Numbered from the stretch's first letter, positions 8,859-17,864 are shown. The stretch: 64,000 nucleotides of DNA from Planctomycetota bacterium (GCA_029978905.1 JAPOIM010000012.1:333-64332); one strand, 5' to 3'. Numbers and translations: made by a program. The notes: generated by a model from the sequence alone, not told the origin.

Positions 8859-10820
8859 ATGCGGATGCGTGACTGGCTAATGCTGTGTGTGGGGGTTGTG
8901 GGGCTGATGTCCGCTGGGGTGGCTGCCGCTTCCCCAGATTTCTCCGCATCCCTGACGTCGATTGACGTCGCCGACTACCGCGGTCGGGTATGGACGCTCA
9001 CGGATTTCGACGACGACGACGTCTTGGTCGTCGCCTTTATGGGAACGGAGTGTCCGCTCGCCAAGCTCTACGCAGACCGGTTGGTCGAGCTGCAGCAGGC
9101 CTACGCGGATCGCGGCGTGGCCTTCGTGATGGTGATGAGCAATCGCCAAGACTCGATCGCCGAGATCGCTGCCTTTGCCAGACGCCACGCGGTCGAGTTT
9201 CCGGTGCTCAAAGACGCTGGCAACAAACTCGCCGACGCGCTCGGTGCCGAACGGACCCCTGAGGTGTTTGTGTTTGATGCGTCGCGCAGGCTGCGATACC
9301 ACGGACGCATCGATGACCAGTATGGCATCGGCTACATCCGTGACCGTGCCACCGATCGCGAACTGCAGGCATCCCTCGATGAACTGCTCGCTGGCAAGCC
9401 TGTGGGCATTCAGCAGACCACCGCCGTGGGCTGTCGCATTGGGCGTCAGCATGACGTGCGCGAGGACGCGGAGGTGACGTTTCGCGGAGGTGTGGCGCAC
9501 CTCCTGATGAACCGCTGTGTGAGTTGCCACCGCGAAGGGGAGATTGCGCCCTTTGCTCTCATCGACTATGAAGAATCGGCTGGCTGGGCCGACATGATTG
9601 CGGAAGTGGTTCGCGAGGAGCGGATGCCGCCGTGGCATGCGAGCCACGACATCGGCACCTTCGCCAACGATCGCTCACTCACCGACGGCGAAAAGCAGAT
9701 GCTGATCGACTGGGCGGAGGCGGGCGCGCCGGAGGGCGTGGGTGAGTTACCGAAACTCATCGATCGCGTGGAAGGCTGGCAGTTGCCGCGGGAGCCCGAC
9801 TTGGTGGTCAATGTCAGTCCCGAGCCCTTCAACGTGCCGGCTGAAGGCGCGGTTCGCTATCAGTACTTCGTGGTGGATCCAGGCATCGACGAAGATCGGT
9901 GGATCGAGGCTGCCGAACTGCTTCCTGAGAACCGGGCGGTTGTGCACCACATCCTCTGCTTCGTGCGGCCCAAAGGAGACCGAGGCAACATCCAGGCCGC
10001 TCGAAGTTTTCTCGTGGGGTATGTGCCGGGCACGCGGGTTGATGTGAATCCCCCGGGCATGGCGAAGCGGATTCCTGCCGGAAGCGAACTGGTGTTCCAG
10101 ATTCACTACACCCCCATCGGCACCGATCAAACGGACCAGAGCAAACTTGGCATCGTCTTCAAAGATCCAGAATCCGTGACGCATGAGATTGTGACGACCA
10201 GCGTTGTCCAGCCTCGCCTGCAGATTCCTCCAAACGATCCGAACTATGAGGTGGAGGCGATGCTGCCAGAGCTCCTGCCCGACGCGGTGCTGCTGGGCAT
10301 GAGCCCGCATATGCACGTGCGTGGCAAGGCTTTCCGCTACGAACTCGTGAAGCCAGACAAGACACGTGAGGTCTTGCTGGATGTGCCTGCCTACGACTTC
10401 AACTGGCAGACCAACTACGCCTTGGCAAAGCCTTTGCCGGTTTCCGCAGGATCACAGATCTACTGTAAGGCGGCGTTTGACAATAGCGACAACAATCTCG
10501 CGAATCCCGATCCCTCACAAACGGTGCGATGGGGCGACCAGACCTGGGACGAGATGATGATCGGGTACTTCCATTACGCCGTTCCGAAAGGCACCCCGAT
10601 CGTGATGCCGGAGAACCCACGGGGAAATCGAGGTGGCGGCGGCTCACGTGCGGAAGCCGCGATGCGAATCTTCCGTTTCCTTGATGGGGATGGGGATGGG
10701 AAAGTGCCTGTGAGCGAAGTTCCCGCCCAAATGCAGGACATGGCCAAACGGATCGATGCCGATGGCGATGGCGTGCTCACTGAGGACGAGATGGCAGCCG
10801 CTGCGGAAGCAACTCGCTAG
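8859..10820 (+). CDS. exported multidomain redox protein: thioredoxin-fold (redoxin) + CxxCH + PHM/DBH-like copper monooxygenase-like domain + EF-hand pair
   Basis: The start was re-picked at ATG 8859 (MRMRDWLMLCVGVVGLMSAGVAAA signal); the ORF begins at TTG 8832. The redoxin-like segment is VLVVAFMGTECPLAKLY. CVSCH lies at 9516-9530. The ordered ligand pattern is HH (9945-9950), H (10104-10106), HMH (10308-10316) and DEMM (10551-10559). Two canonical EF loops are present: DGDGDGKVPVSE and DADGDGVLTEDE. Confidence 0.75.
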   Translation: MRMRDWLMLCVGVVGLMSAGVAAASPDFSASLTSIDVADYRGRVWTLTDFDDDDVLVVAFMGTECPLAKLYADRLVELQQAYADRGVAFVMVMSNRQDSIAEIAAFARRHAVEFPVLKDAGNKLADALGAERTPEVFVFDASRRLRYHGRIDDQYGIGYIRDRATDRELQASLDELLAGKPVGIQQTTAVGCRIGRQHDVREDAEVTFRGGVAHLLMNRCVSCHREGEIAPFALIDYEESAGWADMIAEVVREERMPPWHASHDIGTFANDRSLTDGEKQMLIDWAEAGAPEGVGELPKLIDRVEGWQLPREPDLVVNVSPEPFNVPAEGAVRYQYFVVDPGIDEDRWIEAAELLPENRAVVHHILCFVRPKGDRGNIQAARSFLVGYVPGTRVDVNPPGMAKRIPAGSELVFQIHYTPIGTDQTDQSKLGIVFKDPESVTHEIVTTSVVQPRLQIPPNDPNYEVEAMLPELLPDAVLLGMSPHMHVRGKAFRYELVKPDKTREVLLDVPAYDFNWQTNYALAKPLPVSAGSQIYCKAAFDNSDNNLANPDPSQTVRWGDQTWDEMMIGYFHYAVPKGTPIVMPENPRGNRGGGGSRAEAAMRIFRFLDGDGDGKVPVSEVPAQMQDMAKRIDADGDGVLTEDEMAAAAEATR

Positions 10821-10822
10821 GT

Positions 10823-12106
10823 TCACTCCTTCCACCGCCAGAGCGTAATGCGATCGAGATCGCGAATGGCGATCTGATTGCCATCGATGGCAAGATGGGC
10901 CCAGCTTTCGAGGTCCGATACCTTTGCTTCACCGATCAGGGTAAAGCCTTCGGGTGTGGCCTTAATCAGCCGCAGGTCGCCAGTCTCGTCGAGGGCGAGC
11001 ATACGGTCGCCTTGGGCGACCATGCTCCAGTAGCGACCAAACGGTTTGGTGATCCAGGCTTCCTCGCCCGTGGTCAGATCGAGACAGGCGAAGCGTTGGT
11101 TGCGAAGGTGCACGTAGGCGTGGCCATCGATGATGATTGGCGTCGACATGTAACCCTGCACCTTGTTTCGCCAGACGAGGTCGACGGGTTTTTCTGCCTC
11201 ACCGCTCGCGACGGAGAAGAGGAAGGAGCCGCCGCCATAGGTGGTGGTGAACACCCGGCCGTCAATGACGGTGGGTGTGACGATGTTCATGCCTCGGAAG
11301 GCCTCGACCGGTGTCTTCCAGAGGACGGTGCCATCCTCGGGGTTTACGCCGGCGAGTTCTTCACGCGTTTGCACCAGGATCTGCTCGACGCCGTTGAGCG
11401 TGGCAATGAATGGGCTGGAAAACGCGCTGCCGTTCATGCCACCGGCGTCGTCGAGGACACGCCACACGATCTCGCCTGTTTTTTTATCGAGCTTCACGAA
11501 GCCCGACCCCGCTTGGACGAACACATGATCGCCACGGACCAGCGGGCTTGAAACGAAGCCAAACGCAGGAAGCGGGCTGTCAAAGGCCTGCGTAAAGTCA
11601 ACTCGCCACAGTTCGCTGCCGTCGGCGAGCGCGAAGCAGACGAGCACATCTCGCATGCCTCCCACGTACAAGCGATCTTCGTCCACACACGGCGTGGCTC
11701 GAATCCAGGATCCATTGGAGGCAGCGAAGAAGGGGACGGTCATTGCGCCTTCCCACGATGCTTCCCAACGCTTTTCGCCCGTCGCTCGGTCGTAGGCCAT
11801 CACATGCTCGGTGGCCTCGTCCCGCGTTTCGGTGATGAGCACGAGGCTCTCGGTGAGCAGCGGCCCGGAATAGCTGGGGCCGAGGTCGGCGACTTGCCAA
11901 ACCTGCTCGAGTTGCTCCGTGGCGAGCGAGTCTGGCCAGGCAGGGCCGCCGACGAAGCCGTCTCGGGAAGGACCACGCCACTGGAGCCACCCGGCGGGTT
12001 CTTCCGCGATGGCGGCGGCTGTGGCGAACGCGACCACCACCACAAGGCCCAAACGCCCTGCTCCATGAAAAAGACGAGGTGAGTTCGTGGTCGTGAGCAT
12101 CTTCAT
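10823..12106 (-). CDS. PQQ-like (BamB-like) beta-propeller repeat protein, secreted
   Basis: The start was re-picked at ATG 12106 or 12100, after GGGAG. The signal is LGLVVVVAFATAAAIA, followed by WLQWRGPSRDG. The sequence shows repeated W/G-containing blade patterns. Confidence 0.7.
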   Translation of the reverse strand: MKMLTTTNSPRLFHGAGRLGLVVVVAFATAAAIAEEPAGWLQWRGPSRDGFVGGPAWPDSLATEQLEQVWQVADLGPSYSGPLLTESLVLITETRDEATEHVMAYDRATGEKRWEASWEGAMTVPFFAASNGSWIRATPCVDEDRLYVGGMRDVLVCFALADGSELWRVDFTQAFDSPLPAFGFVSSPLVRGDHVFVQAGSGFVKLDKKTGEIVWRVLDDAGGMNGSAFSSPFIATLNGVEQILVQTREELAGVNPEDGTVLWKTPVEAFRGMNIVTPTVIDGRVFTTTYGGGSFLFSVASGEAEKPVDLVWRNKVQGYMSTPIIIDGHAYVHLRNQRFACLDLTTGEEAWITKPFGRYWSMVAQGDRMLALDETGDLRLIKATPEGFTLIGEAKVSDLESWAHLAIDGNQIAIRDLDRITLWRWKE

Positions 12107-12270
12107 CAACTCCCTAAAGCCGCATGGACCCAAGTGACCCAATCGTAGCCACTCCACGCGAGCCTGACACGGTCGCACCTCAGGGGGCGACGGCGTAGGC
12201 CTGGCGAAGCGACGTTGGTATTGTGGGGTGGAATGGTGACTTCCGCCAAAACGCTTTCAGGAGAATCAGC

Positions 12271-12762
12271 ATGGCAACGGCACAAGACGCACTCCAATTC
12301 CGACCGACGGCGATCGCGTGGGCCCGGTTTGCCGCGGTGGTGCTGATGGGTTTGGGGGCGGTGGCTGTGGGTGAGGCCCGCGGAGACGACCTGGAAACGA
12401 TGGCCGGCACCTGGCGGGTGACGAGCCTCGACCTCAACGGCCAACGCAACGACTCAGACGACGTCCGCAAGGTCACCGTGGTCAACGAGCCCAATGGAAA
12501 CTGGACGCTCCTCGTCGATGGCAACGAGATCGCCAAAGGAACCAGCTCGATCGATTCGGCGACCAACCCGAAGCAGGTGAACCTCACGATCAGCCAGAGC
12601 AACGATGGCAACAACGTCGGCCGGACCTACGAAGGCATTTACGAACTCGGCGAAAAAACGCGTCGAGTCTGCTTGGCCTTGGATGGTGGTGAGCGGCCAA
12701 CGCAGTTTTTTTCAGCAGCGGCGAGCGGGCATGCGCTCGTCACCTACGAAAAGGTTGAGTAG
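12271..12762 (+). CDS. TIGR03067 domain-containing protein (Planctomycetes-specific lipocalin-like domain)
   Basis: ATG at 12271 follows CAGGAGA. The signal is AWARFAAVVLMGLGAVAVGEA. The motifs GTWRVTSLDLNG...NPKQVNLT...GIYELGEKTRRVCLALDGGERPTQF match the family pattern. Confidence 0.7.
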   Translation: MATAQDALQFRPTAIAWARFAAVVLMGLGAVAVGEARGDDLETMAGTWRVTSLDLNGQRNDSDDVRKVTVVNEPNGNWTLLVDGNEIAKGTSSIDSATNPKQVNLTISQSNDGNNVGRTYEGIYELGEKTRRVCLALDGGERPTQFFSAAASGHALVTYEKVE

Positions 12763-12764
12763 CA

Positions 12765-12794
12765 ATTGCTGTTGAAAAGGCTGCGTGCAGCAAT
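12765..12794. terminator. hairpin between convergent genes (possible bidirectional terminator)
   Basis: ATTGCTG (12765-12771) and CAGCAAT (12788-12794) form an inverted repeat in the 40-nt gap between the two stop codons. The stem is short and there is no clear U-tract. Confidence 0.3.
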
Positions 12795-12802
12795 GGCAGT
12801 GG

Positions 12803-13243
12803 CTACTCAGCGTCACTTCGACGGAGCACAAACACGTTGCAGGGGGCGTGACGGAGCACACGTTCTGCGACGCTTCCTAGAAAGAGACGCTTCACGCCGT
12901 GATACCCGTGCGACGGGATCAGGATGAGTTCCGTCGCGTGAGCAGCGGCGTAGTCGGCGATGGCAAGCCCCGGCGTGCCAATGGCGACGGCGATCTGAGC
13001 ACCACCAGCGCCATGGTCTGTGGCAAGCCTCGTGAGGGCTTCAGTCACCCGCTGCGTGCGGACCTCATCTGTCACGTTTCCGGTGATCACGCCCGGAGAC
13101 ATGGTTTCCAGAGGCTCCATCACATGCAGCAGATGCAGCTGGGCTGGGCTGTCGACAAGTTGGAGGGCGGCCTGGATCAACCCTTTTTGTGGTGGCTCTT
13201 TGTTCGAGACTTCTGTTGGGGCCGAGCACCAGGGCCTGGCCAT
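12803..13243 (-). CDS. universal stress protein (UspA family)
   Basis: 146 aa. The motifs LHLLHV, DYAAAHATELILIPSHGYHGVKRLFLGSVAERVLRHAPCNVFVLR match the Usp ATP-binding C-terminal motif G..G....LGSV...V......PVL(V). Confidence 0.7.
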   Translation of the reverse strand: MARPWCSAPTEVSNKEPPQKGLIQAALQLVDSPAQLHLLHVMEPLETMSPGVITGNVTDEVRTQRVTEALTRLATDHGAGGAQIAVAIGTPGLAIADYAAAHATELILIPSHGYHGVKRLFLGSVAERVLRHAPCNVFVLRRSDAE

Positions 13244-13258
13244 TTGCAGGGCATGTCC

Positions 13259-14734
13259 TCAGCGGTAGGTGACAAACGCGTTTTTCTTGTAGCGCGTCCA
13301 GTAGTCACCGAGCATCGTTTTCACCCGCGGCGCGAGAATCACGCCACCGATGATGTTGGGGAAGGCCATCGAAAGAATCATCAGGTCGGAGAAGTCGATC
13401 ACGTTCTTTAGCGACGCCACCGACCCGAGCACGATGAAGGCGAGGAAGATCACGCGGTAGCAAATCACGTTGGCCCGCGACTTGCCCAAGAGATACTGCC
13501 AGGCCTTCTCGCCGTAATACGACCAGCTGATCATCGTGGAGTAGGCGAAGAGAAACACCGAAATGTTGAGGACGATGGGAAACCAGCTGAAGGTGTTGGC
13601 GAAAGCCTTGCGGGTCATCTCCACCCCCTCGCCGGCGGTCGGGTCGTCGTAGACGCCGCTGACGATCACAACCAATGCGGTCATCGTGCAGATCACGACG
13701 GTGTCGATAAACGGCCCCAGCATGGCCACCATGCCTTCTCGCACGGGCTCGTCAGTCTTGGCCGCTGCATGCGCGATGGCGGCGGAGCCCACGCCGGCCT
13801 CGTTGGAAAACACCGCACGTTTGATGCCCTGCACCATTACAGCCACAAAGCTGCCCCCAAAGGCGGCTTCGGGGGAAAGGCAGGACGTGACGATCAGGAG
13901 AGCGGCTTCAGGAATCTGCTTGAAGTTCATCGCCAGGATGACGAGCCCAGCCAAGACATAGATCCCGCACATCAGGGGAATAATCTTCTCGGTGACCTGG
14001 CCGATTCTGCGGATGCCACCAATGATCACGAGCCCAACGAGAAACGCGATCACCCCACCAATCATCCAGTCGATGCCCGCGGGTGTACCGATCACGTTGG
14101 TGAGCATTCCTCGGATCGCTGCGGTGGCCTGATTGGCCTGGAACATGTTGCCACCACCAAACGAGCCACCGATGCAAAAGATTGCGAAGACAAGGCCAAA
14201 GAGTTTGGCGATGAGAAACGGGATCCGCCGCTGCTGCAGGCCGATCTCCAGGTAGTACATCGGGCCACCATCGACGGTGCCATCGGGGTGCACCTTGCGG
14301 TAGACCTGAGCCAGCGTGCACTCGTTGAACTTGGCCGTCATTCCAAACAGGCCGATGAGCATCATCCAGATCACGGCCCCCGGCCCGCCGAGCTGAATGG
14401 CCACGGCCACGCCGGCGATGTTGCCGAGCCCCACCGTGGCGCTCAGGGCTGAGGTGAGGGCCTGGAAGTGCGAGATTTCACCCGGGTCGTTCGGGTTGTC
14501 GTAACGGCCGCGGGTGATGTCGATCGCGTGCTTGAAGCCGCGGATGTTGAGGAAGCCAAAGTAGATCGTGAAAAAAACCGATCCGCACAGCAGGATCAGC
14601 ACGATCAGCGGGATGGGGATCGCGGGTACCGGCTCCCAGAAAAGCACCGTGGCCATGTAGCCCACGATGGTCCCGAACTTCGCATCAATCGTTTCGGCAA
14701 GCGACGCGGCAAACAAGGACTGAATCGGCACCAT
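13259..14734 (-). CDS. alanine/glycine:cation symporter (AGCS family)
   Basis: The start was re-picked at ATG 14734, after GGAAAGGGG. The protein is polytopic. SATVGLGNIAGVAVAIQLGGPGAVIWMM is the AGCS signature region. Confidence 0.85.
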   Translation of the reverse strand: MVPIQSLFAASLAETIDAKFGTIVGYMATVLFWEPVPAIPIPLIVLILLCGSVFFTIYFGFLNIRGFKHAIDITRGRYDNPNDPGEISHFQALTSALSATVGLGNIAGVAVAIQLGGPGAVIWMMLIGLFGMTAKFNECTLAQVYRKVHPDGTVDGGPMYYLEIGLQQRRIPFLIAKLFGLVFAIFCIGGSFGGGNMFQANQATAAIRGMLTNVIGTPAGIDWMIGGVIAFLVGLVIIGGIRRIGQVTEKIIPLMCGIYVLAGLVILAMNFKQIPEAALLIVTSCLSPEAAFGGSFVAVMVQGIKRAVFSNEAGVGSAAIAHAAAKTDEPVREGMVAMLGPFIDTVVICTMTALVVIVSGVYDDPTAGEGVEMTRKAFANTFSWFPIVLNISVFLFAYSTMISWSYYGEKAWQYLLGKSRANVICYRVIFLAFIVLGSVASLKNVIDFSDLMILSMAFPNIIGGVILAPRVKTMLGDYWTRYKKNAFVTYR

Positions 14735-14803
14735 GAAACCCCTTTCCCTCTTCAAACCCACGCAAAGGAGCGTTCAAGCCTACCGTGCTCGCCGTGGCGG
14801 CCG

Positions 14804-15445
14804 CTATGCCGCCGCACGCCTCGCCTTGTAGAGGTAGGGGTTCATCGTGGGGTCGTTGTACATCTTCATCTGCCGATAGACCCGCAACGGGCGAGATCCG
14901 GCGAAGATTTCGGCGAGCAGGCGGTCGATCGCCTCGGTGAGGTGCTGCCGCTGCAAATCGAGAACAGCCATCTTGTGGGCCACCTTCTCAAGGTGGTCCT
15001 GGGAGGCGTCGGTGCGCTCCAGCTGTTCGCGCATGTGGTAGCGGCGAAGCTCGAGAATCGAGAGCCGGTCGAGGGCGGCCCCAGGTGTTTCGGTGGAGGC
15101 TGGTGCGTCGGCCGGTGCTTCCACGCCACGTCGGGCGAGTTCCCCCACGAGCCAGTCGTCGGTCTTTTCGATCGCATCGTTGCGGGCCTGGTTGTAGCCG
15201 TCGATGGCACGCTTCACTTCGGCGATCTTGGTGTCGCTCACATCGGGTGAGCGAGCGATGTCTTCCTCATGCCACAGTAGGAAGTTGAAGCGGTGGTTGT
15301 CGCAGATGCGGCCGGCCAGCCCCTCGTGCGAATGCCCGGGCTCCACGGAATGCCACTCGGCGACAAGCTGCTCAAGGAGATCTGCCAAGTCAGCCGCGGA
15401 GGCTGGGGGGGCATCGTGTGTGGAAACGGTGGAGAGGATCGTCAT
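14804..15445 (-). CDS. DUF4254 domain-containing protein
   Basis: ATG at 15445 lies 6 nt after AAGGAG. The protein is all-helical. NHRFNFLLWHEEDIAR and LDRLSILELRRYHM resemble the conserved DUF4254 motifs. It is the last gene of the ACP/KS operon. Confidence 0.65.
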   Translation of the reverse strand: MTILSTVSTHDAPPASAADLADLLEQLVAEWHSVEPGHSHEGLAGRICDNHRFNFLLWHEEDIARSPDVSDTKIAEVKRAIDGYNQARNDAIEKTDDWLVGELARRGVEAPADAPASTETPGAALDRLSILELRRYHMREQLERTDASQDHLEKVAHKMAVLDLQRQHLTEAIDRLLAEIFAGSRPLRVYRQMKMYNDPTMNPYLYKARRAAA

Positions 15446-15473
15446 CGGTGACTCCTTCTTGGGGAAACAGGTG

Positions 15474-16718
15474 TTAGGCGGCCTTCAGGACGAGGCAGAG
15501 GTTAGAACCTCCGAACCCGAAGGAGTTGCTCAGAGCCGTGCGGACATTGGCCGGACGGGCTTCGTGAGCCACATGGTTGAGCGAGCACGCCTCGTCGGGA
15601 TCGTCGAGGTTGATCGTTGGGGGAATCATCTGCGTCTCAAACGCAGCAAGGCAGGCGACGGCTTCGAAGGCCGAGGCACCGCTCACGAGGTGGCCCGACA
15701 TGCTCTTAGTCGAACTGACCGGTACGGCGTCGGCGGCATCACCGAGCGCACTCCGAATCGCAGCTGCTTCCGCAGCGTCTCCCACGGGTGTGCCTGGGGC
15801 ATGGGCGTTGACGTAATCGATTTCATGCGGGTCGACGCCTGCGTCGGCAAGTGCCATCTCAATCGCACGGGTCGCTTGAGCCGGCTCCGCACAGGGGGCG
15901 ACCATATGGGTTGCGTCACTGGTCATGCCAGCACCTGCAAGCAAGCCATACACCTTGCCACTGCGGCGGCGGGCCGCCGTTTCCGGCTCGAGCAGGAACA
16001 TCGCCGCGCCCTCTCCCATCACGAATCCGTCGCGCTGCCGGTCGAATGGCCGCGAGGCTTTCGTCGGGTCGTCGGTTCGACGTGAAAGAGCCCGAAGGTT
16101 GTAAAAGGCTGCGAGGGCTACAGGGCTGATGATGTCTCCGCCGCCGGCCAAGCAGGCATCGACAAGCCCCAGGGAAAGCCAGCGATGTGCGACAGCCAAC
16201 GCGTAGCCGCTTGATGCACAGGCCGCTGCAACCGTGATGCAGGGGCCGGTCAGGCCGAGTTGGGTTCCGAGGCGAGTCGCAATGCATGGCATCCGGCCGC
16301 CGTGAAACACACCCTGTCCATCTGCCAAGAAATCGGCTTCCCAGGTTTTCAGCTGCTCGGCCCCGAGTCCCAGAACCAAGCCGATTCGGGGCGCAGAGGC
16401 TTGCACGCCGTTTGCGGACCGCAAGGCACGAGCTGTCGCCGAACCACAGAGTTGTTCAAGCCGATGTGCCTCGGCTTTCGCTCCATTGCCAAGCTGAATC
16501 GGCAAAAGCCCGGCCTCTTCAGGGATCATGCTCACCGGTGCGGCGAACTGCCGCAGAGGACGCGATGCGTCGGCGAGGTCAATCTCACAAACACCCGAAC
16601 GGCCAGCCATTAAGGCGTCGCTCACGGTTGCGAAATCATTTCCAAGCGGGGTCACCATGCCCAGGCCGGTAATGGCGACGGGAGCACGGGGCTCGTGGCT
16701 GGAAGGTGTCTCGATCAT
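15474..16718 (-). CDS. beta-ketoacyl-[ACP] synthase, FabF/KAS II-like
   Basis: VAITGLGMVTPLG at the N-terminus. The active-site Cys is in TVAAACASSG (codon 16218-16220). His motifs are YVNAHAPGTPVGD and SSTKSMSGHLVSGAS, and the C-terminus has FGFGGSN. The ATG overlaps the upstream stop (ATGA at 16715-16718). Confidence 0.9.
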   Translation of the reverse strand: MIETPSSHEPRAPVAITGLGMVTPLGNDFATVSDALMAGRSGVCEIDLADASRPLRQFAAPVSMIPEEAGLLPIQLGNGAKAEAHRLEQLCGSATARALRSANGVQASAPRIGLVLGLGAEQLKTWEADFLADGQGVFHGGRMPCIATRLGTQLGLTGPCITVAAACASSGYALAVAHRWLSLGLVDACLAGGGDIISPVALAAFYNLRALSRRTDDPTKASRPFDRQRDGFVMGEGAAMFLLEPETAARRRSGKVYGLLAGAGMTSDATHMVAPCAEPAQATRAIEMALADAGVDPHEIDYVNAHAPGTPVGDAAEAAAIRSALGDAADAVPVSSTKSMSGHLVSGASAFEAVACLAAFETQMIPPTINLDDPDEACSLNHVAHEARPANVRTALSNSFGFGGSNLCLVLKAA

Positions 16719-17452
16719 GCGGCCTCCGGTTGAGAGCAGTCTCTCTCGGTCGCAACGAGACAGCGGTGGATGCGATCAGCGAGCCGTCCGTCGGTCTGCA
16801 CCGATGCGTTGAGATCAAGCCAGGCACGAGCGTGGCGAGCGAGAGTCGACTTGGGGTTGGCGACTAGCAGGGCCAAGGCTTCAACAGTCGCTTCCGCGGT
16901 CACTCCTTCGGTTTGGATGGGGTCGCCTTCACTGTCGATTGTGGGCTCTGAGGTGACCTGTGTTGCCACGAGCCACCACCCATCCACGCCCGGTGTGTTT
17001 GCCAAGGCTACGAGGGTGAGCAGTCCGTCTGAGAGTGCCTCCACACCGCCGCCGACACCGAGTGAGGGACCATGCATACCAAGGCCCACACTCACTGCGG
17101 CTGCCATCGCATGCAGGGAAGCATGCGGCACGATATGCGTTGACACAGTCACCCCGCCGCCTTCCGCATATTTCGAAAGCGTACGGCTGCTGGCGATTCG
17201 GCCCAGCCGGCAGGGAGCCGCGATCACGCCATGGCTTTGACACGAGAGCCCCTCAAGCGAGGCGATGCCCTGCTGCACGGCGCGCACCGCAACCACAGAC
17301 TGTTCATCCGCGTGACGCAGAAAACGCTTGGGGAGCGGAGGTGTATTGTCTGGGTCAGCCGCGGATCGCAGGTCGACGACAGCTGCAAGCGGCACCTCCA
17401 TGGCAGCGTGCGCCACTACAGGAAGCCGGCATGGCTGAAGCACGCTCGTCAC
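16715..17452 (-). CDS. beta-ketoacyl synthase N-terminal-half-like protein lacking the catalytic Cys
   Basis: 245 aa with a GTG start at 17452; an alternative ATG lies at 17401. LGMHGPSLGVGGGVEAL aligns to LGLTGPCITVAAACASS of the downstream KS and places Val at the Cys position. There is no C-terminal His-containing half. Confidence 0.6.
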   Translation of the reverse strand: MTSVLQPCRLPVVAHAAMEVPLAAVVDLRSAADPDNTPPLPKRFLRHADEQSVVAVRAVQQGIASLEGLSCQSHGVIAAPCRLGRIASSRTLSKYAEGGGVTVSTHIVPHASLHAMAAAVSVGLGMHGPSLGVGGGVEALSDGLLTLVALANTPGVDGWWLVATQVTSEPTIDSEGDPIQTEGVTAEATVEALALLVANPKSTLARHARAWLDLNASVQTDGRLADRIHRCLVATERDCSQPEAA

Positions 17453-17487
17453 GTCCGCCCCATCGGTTTGTGAAGGTGAAAAAAAGA

Positions 17488-17754
17488 TCAGGCGGCCTTC
17501 CGGTTCGGCTTGGCCGCGATTTTTCCTTCAAGCATGGAGAGCAGGTCGCCCACGGTGGTGATGCTCTCGAGCAGTTCGGTTTCGATCTGAATGCTGAAAT
17601 GGCTCTCGATGTGGAGCACGAGCCCGGCCATGTCGAGAGAATCGAGGTTCAGCCCCTCACGCAGCGAGGTTTCATCCTCAAGCTGTTCGTAGGTCTCGCC
17701 GGTTTCCTTCTCGAGGAGGTCGAGGACGATGGCGGTGAGTTCCTGGCGATCCAT
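17488..17754 (-). CDS. acyl carrier protein
   Basis: The start was re-picked at ATG 17754, downstream of AAGGAG. GLNLDSLDMAGLVLHIE contains the DSL phosphopantetheine-attachment serine (codon 17638-17640). The protein is acidic, about 88 aa. Confidence 0.85.
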   Translation of the reverse strand: MDRQELTAIVLDLLEKETGETYEQLEDETSLREGLNLDSLDMAGLVLHIESHFSIQIETELLESITTVGDLLSMLEGKIAAKPNRKAA

Positions 17755-17864
17755 GATGGGTCGACTCCTTTGTGTGTAAGGCACCTGCCCCAGCCCGCCT
17801 CAGGGCCGCTGGGGACGTGTGAGGGTCGGGGAGACTAGCGAAAAGCCGCCGACGAGCGAAGGGC

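Noticed and set aside
12803-13243. Suspected N-terminal truncation of the Usp gene (no ILVAVD strand)
   Set aside because: The N-terminus PWCSAPTEVSNKE...GLIQAALQL can be aligned to the usual (I/V)LVPTDFS....AL..A..L pattern. The upstream gene ends only 15 nt away, so the gene is probably a full-length divergent Usp.
14735-14803. Possible glycine riboswitch upstream of the alanine/glycine:cation symporter
   Set aside because: Only 69 nt separate the symporter start from the upstream DUF4254 stop. That is too short for a glycine aptamer, and no conserved aptamer blocks are visible.
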